IMG/VR virus record: IMGVR_UViG_3300014720_000044
Span: 1-55,958 of that record
From: a virus
Taxonomy: Duplodnaviria; Caudoviricetes
Strand: one strand, 5' to 3'
Length of the DNA stretch: 55,958 nucleotides
Shown: positions 40,379-50,510 of the stretch, piece by piece
How positions within the stretch are numbered: position 1 is the stretch's first letter
How the letters are laid out: each line of letters starts with the position of its first letter
Made by a program: the position numbers and the translations under genes
Notes under the pieces: generated by a model
What the model was told of the DNA's origin: nothing
The model's input: only the letters and a program-made list of their open reading frames with translations
Databases searched by the model: none

Positions 40379-40825
40379 ATGTCAAAAATACCACCACCAC
40401 AATTAGGCCAACCATTAGATGTTAAGTATATTAATGAGATAGTCAAAGTATTAAATGATCTATCAATACAAATATCTCCATCTATAAATAAATATGTTAC
40501 CGTAGATGTACCGAAAGACGGAACCACCCAAAGTGCGAGGGCTTCAGAAACCAGAATTATAGGTGGTTATGTAGATGTAGTAAAAAGTTCAAACCAGAGC
40601 ATTGGAAGCCAGCAATCATTTACCTATGCATTTCCAGCAGAATTTAAGTTTGCTCCAATAGTTACTGCTAGTCCAGTTAACGTAGGTGGAACAGAGGCTG
40701 GAGGAAATGTTTCTGTTGTTTTAAAAAAAGTAACAACATCCAAGGTAGACGGTGTTGTAAACTTTAATGCCCCTGGTCAAGTGTCTATTGGGGTTAACCT
40801 CTTGATAGTTGGTATTCCTAATTAA
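40379..40825 (+). CDS. Hypothetical minor tail protein
   Basis: Start moved to ATG 40379 after TGGTATAAT (40355-40363) and a GGAGG RBS; F---F---PIVTAS beta-rich C-terminus. Confidence 0.6.
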   Translation: MSKIPPPQLGQPLDVKYINEIVKVLNDLSIQISPSINKYVTVDVPKDGTTQSARASETRIIGGYVDVVKSSNQSIGSQQSFTYAFPAEFKFAPIVTASPVNVGGTEAGGNVSVVLKKVTTSKVDGVVNFNAPGQVSIGVNLLIVGIPN

Positions 40826-41016
40826 TGATAAAATGTAAAAAATGTTTCAAAAAAATGATGGTTGATAGAGTTTATAACTCTATATCTCATTTAGAAATTT
40901 TTTGTTTATTGTGTGGCTCTAGAAGATTTTTTCATCCACCATCAGATTCTAAGGAAGGCAAATGGCTGTTAGAAAAGGAAATCGAACGAGCGAAGAATAC
41001 AATCTCGCCCCTGTAA
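40825..41016 (+). CDS. Small zinc-ribbon protein
   Basis: CKKC...CLLCG; coupled to the upstream stop. Confidence 0.6.
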   Translation: MIKCKKCFKKMMVDRVYNSISHLEIFCLLCGSRRFFHPPSDSKEGKWLLEKEIERAKNTISPL

Positions 41017-41504
41017 TTCCAGGTAATAAAAAGGTTTGGTTTTTAAATGGTGATTTAGTTCGTATTCATCATTCTAATAGATCTAATGGAATAATGTCTT
41101 TATATAATATAACAAAAGATAGATTAGAAAGTTGTCTTTCAAATGATTTTAAAAAAAATAGAGAGAGGGCTTACACTGTTGGAGAAACTGCAGATCTTGT
41201 AAATAGGCATAAAAAATATTTACCAAGATTAATGAAACGTGGTGTGATTCCATTTCCTACAGGATCACAAAAGGGTGGGGCTAGAGGTTGGCAGGTAAGG
41301 TCTTATTATTCTGAGTCGCAAATAAAAGAGATTCGTGATATACTAGCATCTTATCATATCGGCAGACCAAGAAAAGATAAATTAATAACAAATGATATTA
41401 CGCCCAGCAAGGCTGAGTTGACACGAAGAATGGGCGATGGTATACTTACATATACGAGAACTGAAGACGGTAGATTTATACCAATTTGGTCAGAATCAAT
41501 ATAA
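40962..41504 (+). CDS. MerR-like HTH DNA-binding protein
   Basis: YTVGETADLVNRH...GVIP...RxYYSExQI; AAGGAAGG RBS. Confidence 0.7.
   Translation: MAVRKGNRTSEEYNLAPVIPGNKKVWFLNGDLVRIHHSNRSNGIMSLYNITKDRLESCLSNDFKKNRERAYTVGETADLVNRHKKYLPRLMKRGVIPFPTGSQKGGARGWQVRSYYSESQIKEIRDILASYHIGRPRKDKLITNDITPSKAELTRRMGDGILTYTRTEDGRFIPIWSESI
41418..41446 (+). promoter_or_regulatory. SigA-type promoter TTGACA-N17-TATACT with extended TG
   Basis: Near-consensus promoter inside the 3' end of the HTH gene, facing the replication block. Confidence 0.75.
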
Positions 41505-41518
41505 CAGAAGGGTATGAA

Positions 41519-41725
41519 ATGGAAGAAACAAAGGTATCAGTAACACTTGGGTACACACTCAACCTTGGAAATTTTCAATCACTAAGAATTGATCTTGGAG
41601 TTGTAGACTCAAGACGTGATAGCGAAAATACAGATCAAGCATTTGAGCGTGTATATAAGTTTGTCGAGGATAAACTTGCAGCAAAAGTCGCAGAAGCAAA
41701 GGTTGAACTAGAAGAAAGAAGTTAG
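41519..41725 (+). CDS. Hypothetical protein
   Basis: Start moved to ATG 41519; VSVTLGYTLNLGNFQSLRID pattern. Confidence 0.65.
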   Translation: MEETKVSVTLGYTLNLGNFQSLRIDLGVVDSRRDSENTDQAFERVYKFVEDKLAAKVAEAKVELEERS

Positions 41726-41726
41726 T

Positions 41727-42035
41727 GTGACAGACAAACAGAAGCGATTGGCTCTGTTAAGTCGGTTTGACAAACACTATAAGTTTAAACTAGGACAGAC
41801 GCCACAATATAATAAGTGGATAGAGCAGTGGTCTGCTGATGCACTCATTGAATCTTATGGCATGGATTTATGCTATGAGTTATTAGAGTATTATTTTGAG
41901 GTAACTGAAAATCCCACATGGAATCATTTTGCATATATTGCACATGATATACTGAAAGCAAAAGATCAATATAAAAGAGATTTACAAGAACGAGAAGAGC
42001 GTAGAGAAAAGGCTAAGGAGTGGTTAAGTGAATAG
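41727..42035 (+). CDS. Hypothetical protein upstream of the helicase
   Basis: Fills the gap and overlaps the helicase start. Confidence 0.65.
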   Translation: MTDKQKRLALLSRFDKHYKFKLGQTPQYNKWIEQWSADALIESYGMDLCYELLEYYFEVTENPTWNHFAYIAHDILKAKDQYKRDLQEREERREKAKEWLSE

Positions 42036-43254
42036 TACAGAATCTAGATTAATCTCCGCAGTCTTACAAGATAAACAAGCACATGTATTGTTACAGGCTA
42101 ATGTAGAAAATATCTTAGCAACACATGGCGATATTTGGCAATTCATTAGAAAGTATTTTGAGCAAAACGGAACGGTTCCGCCAGAGTCTTTAGTCGTAGA
42201 CAAATTTAGAGATTTTGAGTTAGTTAAAGATATCGGAACAACCAAACATCATCTAGAAGAATTACAGGCTGAATACCTTACAAATAGCCTTAAAGATATT
42301 ATTAGGTCTGCTGCCACAGATGTTCAGGGTGGCTTAGGAGTAGAGGCTTTAGAATCATTAATATCTAAAACATCAGAACTTAGAAAAAATACAGCAGCAA
42401 TCCGTGACATTGATGTTACAGATATTGATTCTGCAATTGCATATTTTGAAAATCTTAAGAAACAACAAGAGTCTGGCGCATTAGGAATTAAGACAGGTCT
42501 TCCAGGATTTGATAACTACCTACCTTCTGGAATCATGCCAGGGCAGTTAGGAGTGTTTCTTGCATATCCAGGCATAGGAAAGTCATGGTTGTCTCTTTAT
42601 TTCGCTGTGCAGGCTTGGAAACAGGGTCGTAGCCCAATGATTATAAGTCTTGAAATGTCTGAGGTAGAGGTTCGCAACCGTGTATTTGCAATTATGGGTG
42701 AGGGTGTTTGGTCACACAGAAAGTTAAGCGCTGGTCAAGTTGAGATAGATATGCTAAAGTCATGGCATACAAAAAATGTTAAGGGTAGACCAGAGTTCCA
42801 TATTATTTCTAATGATACAGGTGGAGAAATTACTCCTTCTGTTTTGCGGGGTAAGATAGATCAATATAAACCAGACTTTGTTATTGTAGACTATCTACAA
42901 CTTATGTCTCCTAATAGTAAATCAGATAATGAAACTATTCGTATGAAAAATCTTTCTCGTGAATTAAAGTTAATGGCTATTGCAGAAGAGGTTCCTATTA
43001 TTGCGATTTCGTCTGCTACCCCTGATGATGTCACTAAACTTGAAACTGTTCCAACACTTGGCCAAACCGCATGGTCTCGCCAGATCGCTTATGATGCTGA
43101 CTGGGTATTGGCTTTAGGGCGAGGTACTAATAGTGATATTATTGAATGCGTATTTCGTAAGAATCGTAACGGTTTTATGGGAGAATTCTTGGTTCAGGCT
43201 GATTTTGATAAGGGATATTACAGGTATAAAGATTATGAAGATAAGACAGTATAA
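42028..43254 (+). CDS. dnaB: DnaB-like replicative helicase
   Basis: Walker A AYPGIGKS, SLEMS, IVDYLQLM, YDAD, KNRNG. Confidence 0.92.
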   Translation: MNSTESRLISAVLQDKQAHVLLQANVENILATHGDIWQFIRKYFEQNGTVPPESLVVDKFRDFELVKDIGTTKHHLEELQAEYLTNSLKDIIRSAATDVQGGLGVEALESLISKTSELRKNTAAIRDIDVTDIDSAIAYFENLKKQQESGALGIKTGLPGFDNYLPSGIMPGQLGVFLAYPGIGKSWLSLYFAVQAWKQGRSPMIISLEMSEVEVRNRVFAIMGEGVWSHRKLSAGQVEIDMLKSWHTKNVKGRPEFHIISNDTGGEITPSVLRGKIDQYKPDFVIVDYLQLMSPNSKSDNETIRMKNLSRELKLMAIAEEVPIIAISSATPDDVTKLETVPTLGQTAWSRQIAYDADWVLALGRGTNSDIIECVFRKNRNGFMGEFLVQADFDKGYYRYKDYEDKTV

Positions 43255-43262
43255 TATGATAC

Positions 43263-43589
43263 ATGGCAACCTATCATCACAAGCCTATAAAGAAATTCGG
43301 ACTGGACGGTATCATTCATGACGACTCTTCTCTTGCTAGGCTTAAGGGAGAATATATCAGGCTTATCGTATCTGAGATGCGATTATCTGGTTATGTACCA
43401 AGGTTTGACATTGAGCCAGACTTTACAATAGAATATGATCATAATAAAAATTATTTTAACTTTGAATTAACAGTTTACGGAGTATATACAGGGAGAAAAC
43501 AAAGCGAATGGATACTAGGAATAGACGGACACAAACCAATACTTATACAAGAGAGCAAGTCAAAAGAGTACTCGCAGGAGCAGGTATAA
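43263..43589 (+). CDS. Hypothetical protein
   Basis: ATG 7 nt after TATAAT (43250-43255), leaderless-type start. Confidence 0.65.
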   Translation: MATYHHKPIKKFGLDGIIHDDSSLARLKGEYIRLIVSEMRLSGYVPRFDIEPDFTIEYDHNKNYFNFELTVYGVYTGRKQSEWILGIDGHKPILIQESKSKEYSQEQV

Positions 43590-44452
43590 CTGTAGAGTCT
43601 GAGGTAGACTCTGACTATATTATTTTTTGTCCATTTCACGCTAATCATAGAACCCCTGCTGGAGAAGTTCATAAAGATGGAGGAACATTCTTTTGTTTTT
43701 CTTGTCACAAGGTTGCAGACTTAATAGAATTAGTTATGCATATGTCTGGAAGAAGTTATTTTGAATCTGTTAGATTTATTAAAAGCAAAGAGCAAGAGTC
43801 TGATATAACTTTAGAAATTGATAAACAACTTTATAAGAGGCCAGACTACGTTCCTTATGATGAGGTAATAATAAAAAGATTAAACACACAAGCCTTGGAT
43901 GCTCCAAGAGCAGTTAGATATTTTGAAGGCAGATCTATTAATGAATCTTCAATGCGTAAATTTTATTTAGGCTATTCGGAAAAACAAGATATGGTCACTG
44001 TTCCTGTACATAGTCCAGATGCAATTTGTGTAGGATTTGTTGCTAGATCTATAGAGGGCAAAGACTTTAAGAATACTCCAGGTTTACCAAAATCTAAAAT
44101 ATTATTCAACTTGCATAGAGTAAAGACTTCTGATAGAGTATATGTAGTTGAATCATCATTTGATGCTATAAGACTAGATCAAGTAGGATTGCCTGCGGTA
44201 GCGACATTAGGTGCTAATGTTTCCAACACACAGGTAGAACTGTTGCAAAAGTACTTCAATGATATTGTTGTTATTGCGGATAATGATGCAGCAGGAGGAA
44301 ATATGAAAGACAAAATAGTTGAAAAGTTAGGATCAAGTATTTCTATAATTCAACTAGAAAAGCAGTATAAAGATATAGGCGATATGAGGGATGAAGATAT
44401 AAAGAATCTCGATTATCAATTTGACAAAGCAATACAATCTATGCTAAACTAG
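43508..44452 (+). CDS. dnaG: DNA primase (zinc finger plus TOPRIM)
   Basis: CPFH...CFSC zinc finger; VVESSFDA and IADND TOPRIM motifs; KDIGD. Confidence 0.88.
   Translation: MDTRNRRTQTNTYTREQVKRVLAGAGITVESEVDSDYIIFCPFHANHRTPAGEVHKDGGTFFCFSCHKVADLIELVMHMSGRSYFESVRFIKSKEQESDITLEIDKQLYKRPDYVPYDEVIIKRLNTQALDAPRAVRYFEGRSINESSMRKFYLGYSEKQDMVTVPVHSPDAICVGFVARSIEGKDFKNTPGLPKSKILFNLHRVKTSDRVYVVESSFDAIRLDQVGLPAVATLGANVSNTQVELLQKYFNDIVVIADNDAAGGNMKDKIVEKLGSSISIIQLEKQYKDIGDMRDEDIKNLDYQFDKAIQSMLN
44421..44450 (+). promoter_or_regulatory. Promoter TTGACA-N18-TAAACT with extended TG
   Basis: Within the primase 3' end, upstream of the SSB-like gene. Confidence 0.6.
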
Positions 44453-44473
44453 AAGAGAACAAAGGAGAAAAAC

Positions 44474-45136
44474 ATGAGCGTAATCAAGGGACTAAAAAAT
44501 ATCAATGCCCTGCTCGATAAGAAAACAGATGAAGGCGCATCAAAGGTTCGTTGGCTAAAGTTGGCTGATGGACAAGCAGTAAAAATCAGATTCATTGAAG
44601 AGTTGGATGAAGACTCTGCACACTATGATGCAAAGCGTGGTCTTGCACTGGTTGTTAAAGAACACACAAATCCAAAAGACTATAAGCGTAAGGCTGTAGA
44701 CACATTAGACACCGAAGGCCGTGACTGGGCTGAAGAGATGTACCGCAAGGATCCAAAGGGTAATAGTGGATGGCGTGGTCGTCTTCGTTTTTATTGCAAC
44801 GTACTTGTAGACGATGGCATTGAAGATAAGCCTTATGTTGCTATTTGGTCTATGGGCGTAAGTAAGCAGTCTGCATTTAATACAATTCGTGAGTATGCAC
44901 TTGAAACAGGTAGCATCTCAAATATTACATGGAAGTTAAAGCGTAATGGTCAGGGAACTGAAACATCTTACACTTTGATTCCTTCCGCTCCAGATAAGGA
45001 GCCATTTAAGTGGGAAGGCATTGAGCCATATCCATTGGAGAGAGCACTTCGTCGTGTTCCATACGCAGAGCAAGAGGCATTCTATCTTGGCTTTGACACT
45101 CCTTCATCTACAGCAGCGACAAACATCGACTGGTAG
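44474..45136 (+). CDS. Probable single-stranded DNA-binding protein
   Basis: KLxDGQ-VKIRF and KRxGxGTETSY pattern, terminal IDW; between primase and polymerase; AAGGAG RBS. Confidence 0.6.
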   Translation: MSVIKGLKNINALLDKKTDEGASKVRWLKLADGQAVKIRFIEELDEDSAHYDAKRGLALVVKEHTNPKDYKRKAVDTLDTEGRDWAEEMYRKDPKGNSGWRGRLRFYCNVLVDDGIEDKPYVAIWSMGVSKQSAFNTIREYALETGSISNITWKLKRNGQGTETSYTLIPSAPDKEPFKWEGIEPYPLERALRRVPYAEQEAFYLGFDTPSSTAATNIDW

Positions 45137-45139
45137 TAG

Positions 45140-48100
45140 ATGAATTACGTACCACTACATTTACATACTCACTTTTCACTATTCGATGGTATTGGGTTGC
45201 CAACAGAATATGTAGATCGTGCTCAAAAATTGGGTATGCCTGCAATTGCGATTACAGACCATGGCTCCCTTTCTGGCCACAGAGAAATGTATCGTGCTGC
45301 TAAAGCAAGTGGTATCAAGCCTATTCTTGGCATAGAAGGGTATATGTGTGAGGATCGATTTGATCAAAGAGACAAAGAAGATCGTACCACACCACTAGAT
45401 ATGGTTTATAATCATATTATCCTTCTAGCCAAGAACAAGGTAGGATTAGAAAATTTAAATAAGTTAAATGAAATTGCTTGGACAGAAGGATATTACAAGA
45501 AGCCACGAATTGATTTTGAAGTACTTTCTAAATATAAAGAAGGCATCATTGTTTCTTCGGCATGTCCTAGTGGCATTATCGCTAAGTCAATCGAACTTGG
45601 CGAACTTGCTATGGCAAAAAAATATATTAAGTGGTTTAAAGAAGAGTTCGGAGACGACTACTATCTTGAGGTAATGCCACACAATAATGAATTAATTAAT
45701 CAAACAATTTTGGAATTAGCAGACGAATTTAAGGTAAAGCCAATTGTTACACCAGACTGTCACCATGTCGATTCATCACAAAAAGAAATTCAAGAATTAA
45801 AACTCATTCTTAATACATATTCTAATAAGATTCAGAAAGATGCTACATACGAAAAGTCTAAAAAGCAAGGGGACTTAATGAAGCGCCTTGATTATCTCTA
45901 TGGCGCAGACAGACAGATGTCATTTAATAAATTTGACATTCACTTATTATCATATGAAGAAATTCAGGCTGCTATGGAAAAGCAAGCAATCTTTAGAACA
46001 GATATTTATGAAAATACTGTAGATCTTGCCAGCAAAGTAGAAGACTATGATATTAAAGATGGCCTTAATCTGCTTCCAGTTCAATATAAAAATCCAGATA
46101 AAGAACTAAAAGATCTTGCAGTTGCTGGACTCAAAGCAAAAGGGTTAGATAAAAACAAAGAATATATATCAAGATTAGAAGAAGAATTAAAAGTTATTCA
46201 AGATAAAAACTTTGGCCCCTACTTTCTTGTTGTGCAGAGTATGATTTCATGGGCAAAGAAAGAAGGCATCATGGTTGGTCCAGGTCGTGGATCTTCTGCA
46301 GGATCCCTTCTTTGCTACGCTCTTGGCATTACAGATATTGATCCTATTCAACATGGACTACTATTTTTCCGATTTATTAATCCTGAGCGTAATGACTTTC
46401 CAGATATTGATACAGATATTCAAGATTCTCGTCGTGACGAAGTTAAGGATTATCTTGTTAGACAATACAAGCATGTTGCTTCTATTGCCACGTTTTTAGA
46501 ATTTAAAGATAAAGGTGTAGTACGAGATGTTTCTCGTGCATTAAATATTCCATTGGCAGATGTAAATAAAGTTTTAAAGTTAGTGGATACTTGGGATGAG
46601 TATTGCTCTTCAAAAACTACTGCATGGTTTAGAGAGAAATATCCAGAGGTAGAACAATATGGCGAACAACTTCGTGGTCGTATTAGAGGTACTGGCATAC
46701 ATGCTGCTGGTGTTGTCACTAGTAAAAATCCTATTTTTAGGTACGCACCATTGGAGACACGTTCTTCTCCTGGTAGCGATGAGCGTATTCCTGTTGTGGC
46801 AGTCGATATGGAAGAGGCTGAGAAGATTGGTCTTATCAAAATCGACGCCCTTGGTCTTAAAACATTAAGCGTTATCAATGATACGATTAATATTATTAAA
46901 GAGCGAGAAGGCACAGAAATAAAATTACTTGAAATTGATATGTCTGATTCAAAGGTTTATCAGATGCTTTCTGAGGGGTACACCAAGGGTATTTTCCAAT
47001 GTGAAGCAACTCCATATACCAACCTATTGATTAAGATGGGGGTAAAAAGCCTATCACAACTCGCTGCCTCAAATGCTCTTGTCCGTCCAGGTGCTATGAA
47101 TACCATAGGAAAAGATTATATTGAAAGAAAGCACGGTAGGCAGGCAGTAAATTACCTACATCAGACTATGAAACCTTTCACAGAAGAAACATATGGGTGT
47201 ATCCTATACCAGGAACAGGTTATGCAGGCTTGCGTCGAACTTGGCGGTATGACAATGGCAGAGGCAGACAAGGTCCGAAAAATTATTGGTAAGAAAAAGG
47301 ATGCAAAAGAGTTTAATGAGTTCCAGGAAAAATTCGTTAGTGGTGCGTCTAGGTTTGTTAGCCCTAACACCGCTCGTGATCTTTGGCATGATTTTGAAGC
47401 GCATGCTGGGTATTCGTTCAACAAGTCGCATGCCGTTGCTTACAGTACTCTCTCGTATTGGACGGCGTGGCTCAAATACTACTATCCACTAGAATTTATG
47501 TATTCACTTCTCAAAAACGAGAAGGACAAAGATGCAAGAACGGAGTATCTAATTGAAGCGAAAAGAATGGGCATTTCAATTAAGTTGCCTCATATTAATG
47601 ATTCGGATAAAGATTTTAAAATTGAGGGTAAGGGGATTAGGTTTGGACTCTCCGCTATTAAGTATATTTCTGATACTATTGCTGATCGTTACATTGCTGC
47701 TAGACCGTTTACTTCTTTCAAGCAATTAGAAGAGTTTACTTTTACAAAAGGAAATGGTGTTAATAGTCGTGCACTACAAGCATTAAGAATTGTAGGTGCT
47801 GCTACATTCCCAGATAATCCTAGAAACGATAATGAAATTAGGGATAATCTTTATGAGTACCTTGGACTTCCTGAGTTTACACAAACAGTACCATCTCATT
47901 TCCATGCTTTTATAAATCCAGTAGAAGATTTTGAAGAAAAGGGATCTTTTATTCTTATGGGAATGGTTAAAGGAATTAAAAGAGGTAAAGGTTGGTCTCG
48001 TGTAGAAATTTTAGATAAGACTGGAAGTATTGGAGTTTTTGATGAAGAGCAAACAATCATTGAGGCTGGAAGAAGTTACTTAGCCCTATGTACAGATAAT

Positions 48101-48415
48101 CGAATTGTTAGTGCTGTTCCTGTAGATGAACTAAAGAACTCAAATTCTGCACTCATTAAATTCTTAAATTATAAAATGCTTCCGTATAAAGACGATGAAT
48201 TGTTTGTGGTATCATTTAAGCCTAGGATAACTAAAGCAGGTAAAAAAATGGCATCTCTTACTCTTGCAGATACCTCTAGAGAGTTACATTCTGTTACCGT
48301 TTTCCCAACGGCATTTGCAAAAGCATATATGAAAATTGAAGAAGGTAGTGCCTATAAATTTGAGTTTGGTAAGACCAAAGATGGAACTGTTATATTGGAG
48401 GATATAAATGTTTGA
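45140..48415 (+). CDS. dnaE: DNA polymerase III alpha subunit (family C)
   Basis: PHP motifs HLHTHFSLFDG and ITDHG; GRGSSAGS, catalytic PDIDTD, HAAGVV, KIDALGL, YSFNKSHAVAY. Confidence 0.96.
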   Translation: MNYVPLHLHTHFSLFDGIGLPTEYVDRAQKLGMPAIAITDHGSLSGHREMYRAAKASGIKPILGIEGYMCEDRFDQRDKEDRTTPLDMVYNHIILLAKNKVGLENLNKLNEIAWTEGYYKKPRIDFEVLSKYKEGIIVSSACPSGIIAKSIELGELAMAKKYIKWFKEEFGDDYYLEVMPHNNELINQTILELADEFKVKPIVTPDCHHVDSSQKEIQELKLILNTYSNKIQKDATYEKSKKQGDLMKRLDYLYGADRQMSFNKFDIHLLSYEEIQAAMEKQAIFRTDIYENTVDLASKVEDYDIKDGLNLLPVQYKNPDKELKDLAVAGLKAKGLDKNKEYISRLEEELKVIQDKNFGPYFLVVQSMISWAKKEGIMVGPGRGSSAGSLLCYALGITDIDPIQHGLLFFRFINPERNDFPDIDTDIQDSRRDEVKDYLVRQYKHVASIATFLEFKDKGVVRDVSRALNIPLADVNKVLKLVDTWDEYCSSKTTAWFREKYPEVEQYGEQLRGRIRGTGIHAAGVVTSKNPIFRYAPLETRSSPGSDERIPVVAVDMEEAEKIGLIKIDALGLKTLSVINDTINIIKEREGTEIKLLEIDMSDSKVYQMLSEGYTKGIFQCEATPYTNLLIKMGVKSLSQLAASNALVRPGAMNTIGKDYIERKHGRQAVNYLHQTMKPFTEETYGCILYQEQVMQACVELGGMTMAEADKVRKIIGKKKDAKEFNEFQEKFVSGASRFVSPNTARDLWHDFEAHAGYSFNKSHAVAYSTLSYWTAWLKYYYPLEFMYSLLKNEKDKDARTEYLIEAKRMGISIKLPHINDSDKDFKIEGKGIRFGLSAIKYISDTIADRYIAARPFTSFKQLEEFTFTKGNGVNSRALQALRIVGAATFPDNPRNDNEIRDNLYEYLGLPEFTQTVPSHFHAFINPVEDFEEKGSFILMGMVKGIKRGKGWSRVEILDKTGSIGVFDEEQTIIEAGRSYLALCTDNRIVSAVPVDELKNSNSALIKFLNYKMLPYKDDELFVVSFKPRITKAGKKMASLTLADTSRELHSVTVFPTAFAKAYMKIEEGSAYKFEFGKTKDGTVILEDINV

Positions 48416-48725
48416 TGAGTTAGCAGAAAAAGTTCATAAGAATGCAGTTGATAAAGGTTTTTGGGATAGGCCAGCAGACCCTATCTTTATAGCAAAGCAA
48501 ATGATGATGATTGTTTCTGAGGTATCAGAAGCCATGGAGGCTGTTCGTAAAGAGATGGACCCAGATCAGATATCAGACGAATTTGCTGACATTATCATTC
48601 GTACTCTAGATCTTTATGCTGGTATTGCAGAGGCGGGATATGTAAAGAAGTCTCTTGATTATGCTATTAAAGAAAAGATGGAACGCAACACACATAGACC
48701 AAAGAAGCATGGGGTAAGATTCTAA
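48408..48725 (+). CDS. MazG-like nucleotide pyrophosphohydrolase
   Basis: SEVSEAMEA and DEFADIIIR motifs. Confidence 0.8.
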   Translation: MFDELAEKVHKNAVDKGFWDRPADPIFIAKQMMMIVSEVSEAMEAVRKEMDPDQISDEFADIIIRTLDLYAGIAEAGYVKKSLDYAIKEKMERNTHRPKKHGVRF

Positions 48726-49738
48726 TGACAGTAACAATAGAGGATGTATTGGCACAACTCAATCCTAAATTAAGGAAAAACATTTTAGTTGGAGACGAGG
48801 TACCAAAAACAGAATATGCCGCTACTCCAAGTTATGGTTTAAACCGTGCCCTTAATGGTGGCCTTCCATATGGTAGACAGGTTCTTATTTGGGGAAGCAA
48901 GTCTAGTGCTAAGTCTTCTCTTTGTTTACAGACTATCGCTTTGGCACAGGCAGAGGGCAAGATCTGTGCTTGGATCGATGCAGAAATGTCATATGATAAA
49001 GATTGGGCAGAAAAATTAGGAGTAGATGTTTCTAAATTAATTGTTTCTCAGGCAAGAACTATTAATGAGATGGTTGATGTTGGAGTAAACTTAATAGAGG
49101 CTGGCGTAGATATTATTGTGGTAGACTCTATTACTTCATTGCTACCAGCAATTTATTTTGAGAAAGACTCTACAGAACTTAAACAATTAGAAAATACTAA
49201 ACAGATAGGTGCAGAGTCTCGTGACTTTAGTAATGCTTGGAAGATGCTCAATTATGCTAATAACAAAGTAAAGCCAACATTGCTTATTCTAATATCTCAA
49301 TCACGAAACAATATTAATGCAATGTATACAAGCCAACAGCCAACAGGCGGTCAGGCTACAAAGTTTTATTCATCTACAGTTGTTAAGTTGTTTTCTTCTG
49401 AATCAGAAAACCAAGCATTGAAAGGAAAAATATATGTTGGTGACAAGGCTATTGAAGAGAAGGTTGGCAGAAAGATTAGATGGGAACTCCAGTTTTCTAA
49501 AACCAGTCCTGCTTTTCAGTCTGGTGAATATGATTTCTATTTTAGAGGCGACAACTTGGGCATTGATGGGATCGCTGATCTTGTTGACACTGCTGAGTTA
49601 GTAGGGATAGTAGAGCGTACTGGTGCATGGTATCTATTGCCAGATGGCTCTAAAGTTCAAGGTAGAGATGGATTTGTTTCACGAGTAAGAGAGGATCTTG
49701 ATCTACAAGAAATGATTAAGGCTAAGATAAGTGGGTAA
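48725..49738 (+). CDS. recA: RecA-like recombinase
   Basis: GGLPYGR, Walker A variant GSKSSAKS, WIDAE, IVVDS, PTGGQATKFYSS, GAWY. Confidence 0.9.
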   Translation: MTVTIEDVLAQLNPKLRKNILVGDEVPKTEYAATPSYGLNRALNGGLPYGRQVLIWGSKSSAKSSLCLQTIALAQAEGKICAWIDAEMSYDKDWAEKLGVDVSKLIVSQARTINEMVDVGVNLIEAGVDIIVVDSITSLLPAIYFEKDSTELKQLENTKQIGAESRDFSNAWKMLNYANNKVKPTLLILISQSRNNINAMYTSQQPTGGQATKFYSSTVVKLFSSESENQALKGKIYVGDKAIEEKVGRKIRWELQFSKTSPAFQSGEYDFYFRGDNLGIDGIADLVDTAELVGIVERTGAWYLLPDGSKVQGRDGFVSRVREDLDLQEMIKAKISG

Positions 49739-49907
49739 GTATACTATTTACGAAGGAAAGTTTCCTTGTAAAAACTGCAAAGAAGAAGTAAAAACTATAA
49801 GAGTATACGCAAGCACTGGGATGGCTTCATGGATGTGCTCTCAAAAACATTTATCAGAAGTAGAACTATTTAAGGTTGGATATAAGAAAAAGAAAATACA
49901 TGAGTGA
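49731..49907 (+). CDS. Small zinc-finger-like protein (58 aa), absent from the ORF track
   Basis: GTG 49731 to TGA 49907: MGKYTIYEGKFPCKNCKEE...WMCSQKH; overlaps both neighbours by 8 nt. Confidence 0.65.
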   Translation: MGKYTIYEGKFPCKNCKEEVKTIRVYASTGMASWMCSQKHLSEVELFKVGYKKKKIHE

Positions 49908-50190
49908 GAGATCTGAAAGTAAAAGAATAGGAGCAAAGCAGCATAAGAATTCTGGTAGAAATACTAAGAAGGGCGACGCTACTTGGGAAAACTTTACAGT
50001 GGACTTTAAGGAGAACTCAAAATCTTTTACACTAAATCATGAAGTATGGGCAAAGGCAGTTACCGATGCTATCAGGAACGGCAACGATCCAGCGATAGTT
50101 GTGGTGTTGGGCGAGGGTAACAAGAAGGTCAGACTTGCTATAATAGAGTTAGAACTACTAGAACAGATGGTGAAAAATGGAACAGAATAA
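49900..50190 (+). CDS. Putative Hjc-like PD-(D/E)XK resolvase/nuclease
   Basis: NSGR...KGDA...VDFKE...W-K pattern; start moved to ATG 49900. Confidence 0.6.
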   Translation: MSERSESKRIGAKQHKNSGRNTKKGDATWENFTVDFKENSKSFTLNHEVWAKAVTDAIRNGNDPAIVVVLGEGNKKVRLAIIELELLEQMVKNGTE

Positions 50191-50482
50191 AACAACACTT
50201 GAATTAGTTAATGGGCTATCTGAAATTGCTGACTATATGCAGGATGAAGAATTGACTTCAGCCCTGACATTTATCGCTAAGTTAATATTAAAACCAGATA
50301 TCCCTATGAATGTGGCTGCTATGGAAATAGTAAGACTACAGGCAATAGCAGCAAAAATGTCATTCCGTGCTACCTGGATGGCTAATGTTGATAAGTCAGA
50401 CAGAGGCAAGAAGAATATATACTATACTGCAGCCGAATCAATAAACAGTTTGGTCTCTGCATTAAAGTACATCATTCGTTGA
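50177..50482 (+). CDS. Hypothetical helical protein
   Basis: Intact ORF in the operon, no recognised motif. Confidence 0.65.
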   Translation: MEQNKTTLELVNGLSEIADYMQDEELTSALTFIAKLILKPDIPMNVAAMEIVRLQAIAAKMSFRATWMANVDKSDRGKKNIYYTAAESINSLVSALKYIIR

Positions 50483-50510
50483 TCTGGTATAATTATATAA
50501 AAGGAATGAT

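Noticed and set aside
45140-48415. Inteins or introns in DnaE (also checked in RNR, helicase and terminase)
   Set aside because: Lengths are ordinary, motifs are contiguous, and no intein splice motifs or frame breaks are visible.
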